In this document: piece by piece, positions 37,840-46,457 of the stretch
Layout of the letters: the number at the start of each line of letters is the position of its first letter
Numbering within the stretch: position 1 is the first letter of the stretch
Source: Bacteroidota bacterium
GTDB lineage: Bacteria; Bacteroidota; Bacteroidia; Chitinophagales; Chitinophagaceae
Assembly: GCA_023416995.1 (NCBI GenBank)
Contig: JAEZGI010000044.1
Span: forward strand, 5,964-69,963
DNA: 64,000 nt
Reading direction: 5' to 3'
The notes under the pieces: model-generated
What the model saw: the letters and a program-made list of their open reading frames with translations, nothing else
What the model was told of the DNA's origin: nothing
Databases searched by the model: none
Position numbers and translations under genes: made by a program

Positions 37840-38673
37840 TCAGGCCACCGTATTCACAAGTTTACCAATATTATCAATGGTGATCGAGATCTGGTCGCCA
37901 CTTTGCAATGTAATATCATTTCCCGGAACTATTCCGGTACCGGTCATAATTAAACAACCATAAGGGAAACTGCATTCTTTATAAACAAATGAAACCAGTT
38001 CTTTCGGTTTACGTTTCATCTGACTGATCTGAACCTTGTCGGTGAAGATCTCTGAACCGTTCCTGGCAATAGATAGATGGATGGTAGTTTCGCTGCTCAA
38101 CTCTTCTTGAGTAACATAAATACATGGACCCAGTGCAGCACAGCCGTCGTAGGTTTTAGCCTGGGGTAGATATAAAGGGTTTTCACCTTCGATGCTGCGG
38201 CTGCTCATATCATTTCCTATAGTATAACCTACAATTTTACCGGATGAAGTTACCACCAGTGTTAGTTCCGGTTCGGGTACATCCCAGGTTGAGTCCTTGC
38301 GGATTCTGACTTTTCCATTGTGACCCACGATACGGTTTGGCGTAGCTTTGAAAAATACTTCGGGTCTTTCCGCATCATAAACTTTTGCATAAAAGTCCCC
38401 GCCGCCAGCTTCTTTGGATTCTTCCTGTCTCCCTATTTTACTGCGGAGATATGTTACACCACAGGCCCACAGTTCCTGTCTTCCGACCGGAACGGCAATC
38501 TTCGATTCATTAAAACTATCTGATTTTGCAGCTTCGCCAGACGATACGAGGTTACTGAGTTTTGTGAACAGTTGATCGTCGTTCACAAACTCGTCCCAGT
38601 TTACGTTGTCCACTTTAAAAAAAATTTCCTCCTTTTCAATAACAATTCCGTCTTGCGTTTTGTAGAGCTTCAT
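37840..38673 (-). CDS. Fumarylacetoacetate-hydrolase (FAH) family protein. Candidate 2-keto-3-deoxy-pentonate dehydratase (XylX/KdaD-like).
   Basis: 277 aa, no signal peptide. N-terminal small domain then an FAH fold (ELWACGVTYLRSK, NRIVGHNGKVRIRKDSTWDVPEPELTLVV, GYTIGNDMSSRSIEGENPLYLPQAKTYDG, MTGTGIVP). Sits immediately downstream of an IlvD/Edd dehydratase. Confidence 0.65.
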   Translation of the reverse strand: MKLYKTQDGIVIEKEEIFFKVDNVNWDEFVNDDQLFTKLSNLVSSGEAAKSDSFNESKIAVPVGRQELWACGVTYLRSKIGRQEESKEAGGGDFYAKVYDAERPEVFFKATPNRIVGHNGKVRIRKDSTWDVPEPELTLVVTSSGKIVGYTIGNDMSSRSIEGENPLYLPQAKTYDGCAALGPCIYVTQEELSSETTIHLSIARNGSEIFTDKVQISQMKRKPKELVSFVYKECSFPYGCLIMTGTGIVPGNDITLQSGDQISITIDNIGKLVNTVA

Positions 38674-38736
38674 ATCTTTTTACTGTTTTATTCTATTCTT
38701 TGGCAAACAATCCTGTAATTTAAGAACTGCTTTATC

Positions 38737-40452
38737 TTAATGCAAATCTCTTGTTACCAGGTCGCCTGATCCCCCTTGTAAAAGGTCGAGATCCGCTCCG
38801 AGATGTGCTTGTTGTACATGATTGAGATAAAACCTGACATAACCTCTTGAGGCCATCGCCGGTGGGGGCACCCATGCCGCACGTCTTTTGGCTAATTCTT
38901 CGTCGCTAACGTCAAGGTGCAAACGCCGTTGTTCAACATCCAGTTCTATCATATCTCCATTATGTACCAGTGCCAGTGTGCCACCGACCGCTGACTCGGG
39001 AGATACATGCAATACTACCGTGCCTGCAGCAGTGCCGCTCATTCTGCCATCCGAAATGCGTATCATATCCTTTACACCTTTTCTAAGCAGCTTTTCAGGC
39101 AGATCTACGTTTCCGACTTCTGGCATACCCGGGTAACCAACAGGGCCCACGGTTTTTAACACGATTACACAATGTTCATCAATATCGAGCTCCGGATCAT
39201 CGATCCGGGCATGGTAATCTTCCATTGTTTCAAATACAACTGCGCGACCGCGATGCTTCATCAGTGCCGGTGTAGCTGCAGATGGTTTTATAACCGCGCC
39301 ATTCACGCACAAATTACCCTTAAGTACAACGATACCCGCATTTTCCTGGAACGGCTCTTCAACGGAAGCAATTACTTCCTTGTTATAACATACTTCTTTG
39401 TCATAATTTTCGCCGATGCTTTTGCCATTAGCTGTGATGGCATCATTGTGTAAATGTTTTTGAAGTGCTTTGATTACTACAGGCAGACCGCCGGCATAAT
39501 AAAAGTCTTCCATTAAATATTTCCCTGAAGGTTTAAGATTAACCAGCAGCGGAATTCTGCTTCCAATGGTATCGAATTCTTCCAGGTCAAGTTTCACGCC
39601 AATTCTTCCAGCGATAGCTTGTAAGTGAAGCAGGAAATTTGTTGAACCGCCCACTGCTGCATTTACAACAATAGCATTCTCAAATGCCTGGCGGGTAAGT
39701 ATCTTAGAAAGTCTGAGGTCCTGTTTAACCATTTCCACGATTCTACGTCCACTAAGTTGTGCCATTACTTTTTTTCTTGCATCAACGGCTGGTATGGTGG
39801 CTGCACCTGGCAGTGTAAGACCTAAAGTCTCGACCATACAGGCCATGGTGGAAGCGGTGCCCATTGTCATGCAATGGCCCTGGCTTCTTGCCACACCAAT
39901 TTCAGCTTCCATCACATCTTCGGGCGAATAACTTTCGTTTAGCCGTTTCTCTTTGATCATCCAGTTGAAGGAACCGGAACCAAGACATTCACCTTTCACT
40001 CTTCCGTTAAGCATGGGCCCTCCGGGTACCACGATGGTTGGCAGATCAACACTGCAGGCACCCATAACGGTGCTGGGGGTTGTTTTATCGCAACCCGTTA
40101 GCAATACCACGCCATCCATGGGATTGGCACGGATACTTTCTTCGGTATCCATACTCGCAAGATTGCGAAAAAGCATGGTGGTGGGTTTCATAATCGTTTC
40201 GCCAAGCGAAGTAACAGGAAACTCAAGCGGAAATCCACCAGCTTCCAATACACCCCGTTTAACTATTTCGGCAAATTCCCTCAGGTGACCGTTACACGGT
40301 GTGAATTCGCTCCAGGTATTACAAATTCCAATCACCGGGCGGCCCCGGAAATAATCGTCGGGATAACCCTGGTTCCGCATCCATGAACGATGTACGAAAC
40401 CCATTTTGTCATCTTTGCCAAACCAATCATAGCTTCTTAATTTTTTGCTCAT
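38737..40452 (-). CDS. IlvD/Edd-family dehydratase. Candidate pentonate (xylonate/arabinonate) dehydratase.
   Basis: 571 aa. MSKKLRSYDWFGKDDKMGFVHRSWMRNQGYP..GRPVIGICNTWSEFTPCNGHLRE, LLTGCDKTTPS, MTMGTASTMACMVE, GGSTN and ISDGRMSGTAAGT are IlvD/Edd signatures. The N-terminus resembles the sugar-acid dehydratase branch rather than IlvD proper. Confidence 0.8.
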   Translation of the reverse strand: MSKKLRSYDWFGKDDKMGFVHRSWMRNQGYPDDYFRGRPVIGICNTWSEFTPCNGHLREFAEIVKRGVLEAGGFPLEFPVTSLGETIMKPTTMLFRNLASMDTEESIRANPMDGVVLLTGCDKTTPSTVMGACSVDLPTIVVPGGPMLNGRVKGECLGSGSFNWMIKEKRLNESYSPEDVMEAEIGVARSQGHCMTMGTASTMACMVETLGLTLPGAATIPAVDARKKVMAQLSGRRIVEMVKQDLRLSKILTRQAFENAIVVNAAVGGSTNFLLHLQAIAGRIGVKLDLEEFDTIGSRIPLLVNLKPSGKYLMEDFYYAGGLPVVIKALQKHLHNDAITANGKSIGENYDKEVCYNKEVIASVEEPFQENAGIVVLKGNLCVNGAVIKPSAATPALMKHRGRAVVFETMEDYHARIDDPELDIDEHCVIVLKTVGPVGYPGMPEVGNVDLPEKLLRKGVKDMIRISDGRMSGTAAGTVVLHVSPESAVGGTLALVHNGDMIELDVEQRRLHLDVSDEELAKRRAAWVPPPAMASRGYVRFYLNHVQQAHLGADLDLLQGGSGDLVTRDLH

Positions 40453-40455
40453 CTC

Positions 40456-40470
40456 ATATATATATATATA
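40456..40470. repeat. (AT)n dinucleotide tract immediately 5' of the dehydratase start codon
   Basis: atatatatatatata at 40456-40470. The minus-strand ATG is at 40452-40450. Confidence 0.9.
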
Positions 40471-40615
40471 AATTATCGCGCTTCAACTTCCACTTATTCA
40501 ATTTATCTGAATTATTATTTCAGCAGTTTTTAAAAGGACCCGAAGTAGAGACAACAGGTCATTATTGCCATGCTAAGCAACTGCTAAAGCTATATAGAGT
40601 GTTGTTGCCTAATTA

Positions 40616-42178
40616 CTATGGAGTATCCCAAAATACTCTCGAAGTTAACTTATCACCACCCATTGCGGCAGCACCGGCATTATAATTGGTTGTATTCGCG
40701 GATGCTTCAACATCCGGGTAAGAAAGTCTTCTTACAAATCCACCCGACAATTTATCATTGAAAAGATTTGGCGCAAGTGTCGGATAACCACTTCTCCTGA
40801 AATTTGCAAAAGCTTCCGTGCCGTTTCTGATATTGACGATCCAGTACTGGGTGTTGATAAGCTCAAGGGCATCTGCAGAATTGTATGCAACATCTGGCGA
40901 AGCGATATAAGCAGCAATAGATGCCGGCGATATCGTTGAGGTATTGGGATAAAGGGGATAGATCTCCATATCGGCAGCTATACCATTTTCATAATGCGTT
41001 TTAGCTGTCGCGTCTCCACCAGGGATCCAGCCTCTTTTCGCTGCTTCTGCAAGCAGTAAACTTGTTTGCGCATAAGTAACCCAGAAATCCGGTGCAGCTG
41101 GTGATGCGATGGTCCATACATTGATCTGTGAGTAATTTAAACCACCCGCACGTGTACCTCTGTACGGTGCACCGGTTGCTATCCTTGAATCAGTTACTCC
41201 GATAGGGACGCCAAATTGGTTTGCTAATACAGTATCGGGAGCCGACTGACCAGCAACGTTACCCGGATCTGCGAAGTTTGCAAGAATGTATTTACCACGC
41301 GGATCGTTGGTTGTTTTCAGATGATTAACAAATGGTTCGGCTGCATAGTTAAACTGTGAGAAGTTACGCAACACGTTATTGTCACCAATCAAAAACAGGG
41401 TTCCGTCGTATTTAACATGGGCATTGTCTGCGTTGGAAGTCATAACACCGGCAGCGAAAGCTTCTGAAACAATTGACTGCGCTTTCGACGCATCAACTTT
41501 TGAATAACGCATCCCTAAACGTAATAGCAGGGAGTTACCCAATTTTTTCCATTTTGCTACCTGGTCCGCTGCATTGGCAGTACGGGTGGAAGCCTGGGCC
41601 TTTGCTCCATAAAAAAGATCCGCTGCTACAAAATCGCCGCCTGTGTTCAATGCAGCAACTGCTTCTTTCAGTTCTTTGTATAAATCAGCATAGATAGCGG
41701 CATCATCGTCGTATTTAGGATAGAACAACGCGTCAGAAACGGCTTTACCAGCTTCGAAGTAAGGCACATCACCGTACGCATCCACAAGCCCCATAAATAT
41801 CTGGGCTTTCCAGATGCGGAGCATGTTATAAAGATTTACTTGTGTAGTAGTGCCTTCCAGAAGATTCATAGCCTGGATGATATTTTTCAATGATCCGGTA
41901 TAACTATCCCATTTTGGCGTACTGATGCCATCAATGTCTTCATTGAAATTAAAACCCAGTGTAGCACCTGTATTATATGGCGACACGAATTGTTGTACTA
42001 TCGTATGTTCTGCGGTCCAGTTGCCGATATGGCTGCGTTGAGCACCTGCAAATAACAGCGCAGGGTCAACTTCGGTGATCGCATACGGGTTCGTATTAAT
42101 GTCTACAAAGTCTTTGTCGCAGGCTGCAAAAGTGAACAGCGAGCTAACAACAAGCAGACGTTTGATTGATTTTAGCAT
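40616..42178 (-). CDS. SusD-like (SusD-like_2 type) outer membrane lipoprotein
   Basis: The ATG at 42178 (MLKSIKRLLVVSSLFTFAACDKDFVDINTNP) is preferred. The track start at 42196 would overlap the SusC stop. Lipobox FAAC. The fold is TPR-like, alpha-helical and rich in A/Y/N. The position directly after SusC supports the call. Confidence 0.8.
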   Translation of the reverse strand: MLKSIKRLLVVSSLFTFAACDKDFVDINTNPYAITEVDPALLFAGAQRSHIGNWTAEHTIVQQFVSPYNTGATLGFNFNEDIDGISTPKWDSYTGSLKNIIQAMNLLEGTTTQVNLYNMLRIWKAQIFMGLVDAYGDVPYFEAGKAVSDALFYPKYDDDAAIYADLYKELKEAVAALNTGGDFVAADLFYGAKAQASTRTANAADQVAKWKKLGNSLLLRLGMRYSKVDASKAQSIVSEAFAAGVMTSNADNAHVKYDGTLFLIGDNNVLRNFSQFNYAAEPFVNHLKTTNDPRGKYILANFADPGNVAGQSAPDTVLANQFGVPIGVTDSRIATGAPYRGTRAGGLNYSQINVWTIASPAAPDFWVTYAQTSLLLAEAAKRGWIPGGDATAKTHYENGIAADMEIYPLYPNTSTISPASIAAYIASPDVAYNSADALELINTQYWIVNIRNGTEAFANFRRSGYPTLAPNLFNDKLSGGFVRRLSYPDVEASANTTNYNAGAAAMGGDKLTSRVFWDTP

Positions 42179-42182
42179 ATCG

Positions 42183-45100
42183 TTAGAATTTGACATTTAA
42201 ACTGATGTTGTAATTACGGGTTGTAGGCAGTGAAGAGTTTTCATATCCGGCCCTGATATCGCCAGAAGACTGTACAGCTTCAGGATCAAGTCCCGGAAGA
42301 TCTTTGTAAAGGATGGCTGCATTACGAACAGACGCTGAAAGCGACAATCCTTTTACAAATTTGAACATATCAACTTTCTGGATCAGTTTACTGAAGTTGT
42401 AAGCAAGCGAGATATTTCTGAGCTTCACGAAATCAGACTTAAACGTGAACGGGTCACCAATCTGAAGATTGCGGTAGTCAGTATAAAAAGTTTGCAATCC
42501 GTTACCAGCAACAGTAATAGCAGTTGTATTTGGTAAACCTGAACTGGCGTATACTGCAGGGAAGATCAAACCATTTTCACGACCTTCCAGAGACAATTTG
42601 GAATGGCCCTGGCGGGTCATGTTCAATAAGGTAGAACTCAGTATAGTACCACCGAATTTGTAATCGATATGTATACCGAGGCTCAGATTTTTATAGTTGA
42701 ATGTATTGCTCCAACCACCTGTGAATTTTGGTATCGAGCTTCCAACAGGAACAAAACCTGTCCCTACGGGTCCACCCTGTGACTCAAGCAAACGGCCATT
42801 GTCGCCCACAACGATTTCACCTTTATCGTTCCTTCTGTATGTTCTTGTATACAGTTGGTTCATTGCAAGACCTTCAGTGTACCTGATTTCACCAAGGAAC
42901 TCATTACCGGTACCGTTGAAGTATAGCAGCAAACGGGTTCCGCTGGGAGTACCTACGTCCAGTACCTTGGTTTTAAGATAAGCGTTGTTCCAGGAGGTGG
43001 TCCAACTAAAGTTTTTCCTGAGTATTGGTTGGTATTCGATGAGGGTTTCAAGACCGCTGTTCTTCAGCGATGCCTGGTTTTCTTTTGAATTCTGGTATCC
43101 TGAAGTTGTTGACAGCACCACATCAACGATCTGGTCGGTTGTAACCTTATCGAATGCTGCCACATCCACGAGTAATCTGTTATTAAATAACCTGAGTTCA
43201 AGACCTACTTCTTTTTCAGTCACAGTAAAGGGTTGCAGTAAAGGGTTTGGTGCATTATTACCGGTAACGCCTGCAATGGTCTGCCCGTTGAATTGGTTTT
43301 GCTCGATTGTATAAGTAAGCAAACCTTCAAATGGACCTACACCGGCAATACTTCCTACCTGAGCCCATGATGCTCTTACTTTACCGTAGGTCAGCCATGG
43401 TTGATATTTGATCAATTCAGAGAAGATGAACGTACCTGATACAGATGGATAAAACTTACTGTTTCTTTCAGGGTTCAATACAGAGAACCAGTCGTTTCTG
43501 CCAGTGAAGTTCAGATAAAACAGATTGTTGTATCCAAACTCTGCCAGTCCGTATAAAGAGTTGATACGGCTGCGGCTGTAATTAAATCCTTGTGTTTTTA
43601 CAGTACCATTCTGGATGGAGTAAAGATTTTGAACGGTAAAGTTAGATGCTGTCTGATTTGGGTTTTTAAATTCAGATCGCAGGGTATTGCCTCCGAAGCT
43701 TGCATCAACTGAAAACTTTCCGAACTCCTTGTTTACACCAACAAGAAAGTCAGCGTTAATATCTGTTGTTGTAGTTTGACTTAAATTATAACTACCGCGA
43801 TAGGTTCCATCATTGTTTGTTGGTACAGCAGAACCTGTTCCGTTAAGTGAAAACCATTCAACTAAGTTATCGCCCCTGTCGAAATTGAATCTACCCTGTG
43901 CATAAAGCCAGTCTGTGATACTATACCGGAGGGTAGCCGTACCGAGGAGGCGGCTTCTGTCTTCTTTGTATTTCTGGCCTTTTTGCAAAGCATAAAAGGG
44001 GTTATTAACTGTGCCAAGGAAGCCATTAGTTTTCCACTCAGCACCAGCAGCGTTGACGGCGCTTTCCCTGTAGGCTTCTATTGGAGTTGAGATAGGCATA
44101 CGTGTAAAGAAGTTCACCGGTCCATCTCCCTGGGTACCTACCTGTGGCGGATTGATATAATCTTCATCTGCATAGTTAACATTCAATTGCAATCTCAGTT
44201 TGTTTGCTATTGTCTGGTTAACGCCTATGTTGAAAATGGTTCTTTTATATTCGTTGCTGGGAACTATACCTTTGGCATCGGTTGTTGAGATCGAGGCACG
44301 GAAACTTCCGTTTGCCCCGCCACCGGAAAAGCCAAGGGTGTTTGTAAGGTTTGTGCCGGTCTGAAGGTAATCGAACAGTTGATAGGGGTGAGCAGAGTAG
44401 GGGCGCATAACACCATCAAAGTTCATGGTGGGAACACCATCGAGTTTTTCGCCCCAGCCCCATTGACCATTTGCTTCAATCTGCCCCGGGGTTGTAAACC
44501 GTTGACCGCTCTGGCCCTGGCCGTATTCAGTCTGGGTGATTTCATCCATAAAATTCAACGCCTGTGAAGCAGTGTAGCTTGAAGTAAAATCAACACCAAT
44601 GCCCTGGTTCTTCTGACCAGACTTGGTTGTGATAATAATCGCACCACGTGCTGCTCTTGAGCCATACAACGCGGCCGCAGCTGCGCCTTTAAGTACGGTC
44701 ATGCTTTCGATATCATCGGGGTTAACATTAGCGAGATTATCACCACGGTCGCGCTGCTGCCCGGCTCCTTCGGCATTTCTTGCACCCTGGTCAAGCGGCA
44801 GACCATTAAGCACGATGAGCGGGGAGTTATCAGCTCCGGCGAAACCAACCTGGCCCCTTAACCGGATCTGGTTACTGGCGCCGGCGCCGGCCGCAGGTGG
44901 TGTGATGTTAAGACCTGCAACCCTTCCTTCAAGTGATTCCATCACGTTGGTGGTTCGGTTGGTTACCAGTTCATCGGTTTTAACAGATGTAACAGCATAA
45001 CCGAGTTTTTTAGCATCCTTTCTTATACCCAGTGCAATAACAACCACATCATCCATGGTTTCATCGCTGCGCTGAAATACAACAGAAACATTGGTTCTGC

Positions 45101-45383
45101 CCTGGATGGGTACTTCCTGTTTAAGATAGCCGACAGATGTAAATACCAGGGTTTCAGTGGGACGCGCGTTGATCGTAAATTCTCCTGATGCATTTGTAAC
45201 GGTAGCATTAGTAGAACCTTTTACCGCGACAGTTACATCCGGAACGGGCTTATTTTCAACATCAGTTACCTTACCGGTAATAGTCTGAGCATATAGCCCG
45301 GCGGTAGTAAGAAAGAAAATAAGGAGGAGAATACAGGAGCGGAAACATACCGGGCATAACACCGGCGGGAGTCTTTTCTTCAT
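42183..45383 (-). CDS. SusC/RagA-family TonB-linked transporter (no STN domain)
   Basis: 1066 aa. CarboxypepD_reg (GKVTDVENKPVPDVTVAVKGSTNATVTNASGEFTI), plug (DVVVIALGIRKDAKKLGYAVTSV; IESMTVLKGAAAAALYGSRAARGAIIITTKSG), C-terminal SLNVKF. Confidence 0.92.
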   Translation of the reverse strand: MKKRLPPVLCPVCFRSCILLLIFFLTTAGLYAQTITGKVTDVENKPVPDVTVAVKGSTNATVTNASGEFTINARPTETLVFTSVGYLKQEVPIQGRTNVSVVFQRSDETMDDVVVIALGIRKDAKKLGYAVTSVKTDELVTNRTTNVMESLEGRVAGLNITPPAAGAGASNQIRLRGQVGFAGADNSPLIVLNGLPLDQGARNAEGAGQQRDRGDNLANVNPDDIESMTVLKGAAAAALYGSRAARGAIIITTKSGQKNQGIGVDFTSSYTASQALNFMDEITQTEYGQGQSGQRFTTPGQIEANGQWGWGEKLDGVPTMNFDGVMRPYSAHPYQLFDYLQTGTNLTNTLGFSGGGANGSFRASISTTDAKGIVPSNEYKRTIFNIGVNQTIANKLRLQLNVNYADEDYINPPQVGTQGDGPVNFFTRMPISTPIEAYRESAVNAAGAEWKTNGFLGTVNNPFYALQKGQKYKEDRSRLLGTATLRYSITDWLYAQGRFNFDRGDNLVEWFSLNGTGSAVPTNNDGTYRGSYNLSQTTTTDINADFLVGVNKEFGKFSVDASFGGNTLRSEFKNPNQTASNFTVQNLYSIQNGTVKTQGFNYSRSRINSLYGLAEFGYNNLFYLNFTGRNDWFSVLNPERNSKFYPSVSGTFIFSELIKYQPWLTYGKVRASWAQVGSIAGVGPFEGLLTYTIEQNQFNGQTIAGVTGNNAPNPLLQPFTVTEKEVGLELRLFNNRLLVDVAAFDKVTTDQIVDVVLSTTSGYQNSKENQASLKNSGLETLIEYQPILRKNFSWTTSWNNAYLKTKVLDVGTPSGTRLLLYFNGTGNEFLGEIRYTEGLAMNQLYTRTYRRNDKGEIVVGDNGRLLESQGGPVGTGFVPVGSSIPKFTGGWSNTFNYKNLSLGIHIDYKFGGTILSSTLLNMTRQGHSKLSLEGRENGLIFPAVYASSGLPNTTAITVAGNGLQTFYTDYRNLQIGDPFTFKSDFVKLRNISLAYNFSKLIQKVDMFKFVKGLSLSASVRNAAILYKDLPGLDPEAVQSSGDIRAGYENSSLPTTRNYNISLNVKF

Positions 45384-45565
45384 ATTAGCAAGTTGTTTTG
45401 TAAATAAATTAGCCGAGGCGCGGCTTTACATGTACAAGATTCGCAATAGTTAAACAAAGAAACTTCCAGAAAACCACATCGTTGGATTTTGTACAGAATC
45501 TTTGTCAATTTCCCTGATATTTACGGCAGATATAAATCAACTGTTTATTTGCTAATGATTGCTTG

Positions 45566-46447
45566 ATGAGCCAATTTGTATTGCGACATGAGACTGCTCA
45601 TGAACTGCAAAAGTTTGTGCATATAGATGAATTTGCGTTTAAGAAGAATAATGCAATCAGCCTCAATTCCTTTAATGCGCCGTGCTCGGAGCATCTTCGC
45701 TTCTATTATATTATTGATGGAAAGTTTGATTGGATCATCAATAACGAACGGTTTACGCTATATCCAACTGACCTCGCACTGATTCTGCCGGGTCAGCAAC
45801 TTCTTGCTGAAAAAGGATATCTCGAGATTGGCTCACTATATTGGTTAAACCTCCGGGCAAATGTACCCGATGCACAAGTCAACAACTCAATTGGCGGTTG
45901 GAGTGACATTGCTCCCTCTGAGTTTATGTCTATCAAGAAGATACTATTTTGTCAAACTGCACTGGTCATTTCAAGATTGCCTGACGCGGGAAATATTTTC
46001 TCAAATCTGCGCTCAGAAATTTTTAACCAGGAAATTGGTTATGCTACCCGCGTGAATCATTTGCTGGATGAATTGCTGATTCTCACTACCAGGCAGATGA
46101 CGCGCCAAATCGTTTCCCAGCGCGACTTTCCGCAAACGTTCCTTAAACTTGAAGAAGCACTTCGTAAGGATCTGTCACATCCATGGACAGTGGAAGAAAT
46201 GGCGGCACTGGTCGGTTTAGGTACCACAGCATTCAGTGATAAGGTGAAAAGTTTCACGGGGTTTCCGCCAATGGGTTATCTCATTAACATCAGAATTTCA
46301 GAGGCTATCAGGTTATTAAAGAAGCCGGGTGCACAGGTTACCGATATAGCGCTTGACACTGGTTTTTACTCATCACAACATTTTGCGACAACATTTAAAA
46401 AGCTAACCGGGTACACTCCAAGTGAGTTTCGGAAAAATAATCTCTAA
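45566..46447 (+). CDS. AraC-family transcriptional regulator
   Basis: About 293 aa. N-terminal cupin-like sensor part. C-terminal double HTH (WTVEEMAALVGLGTTAFSDKVKSFTGFPPMGYLINIRISEAIRLLK...ITDIALDTGFYSSQHFATTFKKLTGYTPSEFRK). Confidence 0.9.
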   Translation: MSQFVLRHETAHELQKFVHIDEFAFKKNNAISLNSFNAPCSEHLRFYYIIDGKFDWIINNERFTLYPTDLALILPGQQLLAEKGYLEIGSLYWLNLRANVPDAQVNNSIGGWSDIAPSEFMSIKKILFCQTALVISRLPDAGNIFSNLRSEIFNQEIGYATRVNHLLDELLILTTRQMTRQIVSQRDFPQTFLKLEEALRKDLSHPWTVEEMAALVGLGTTAFSDKVKSFTGFPPMGYLINIRISEAIRLLKKPGAQVTDIALDTGFYSSQHFATTFKKLTGYTPSEFRKNNL

Positions 46448-46457
46448 ACACATCGTT

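Noticed and set aside
44623-45000. A 125 aa plus-strand ORF (and several others of 60-110 aa) antisense within SusC 42183-45383
   Set aside because: Its Ala/Pro/Ser/Leu-rich translation is the mirror of the Gly/Ala-rich plug region. The same pattern is seen antisense to the other SusC genes (for example 25142-25504 and 60887-61258), so it is an artefact of codon composition.
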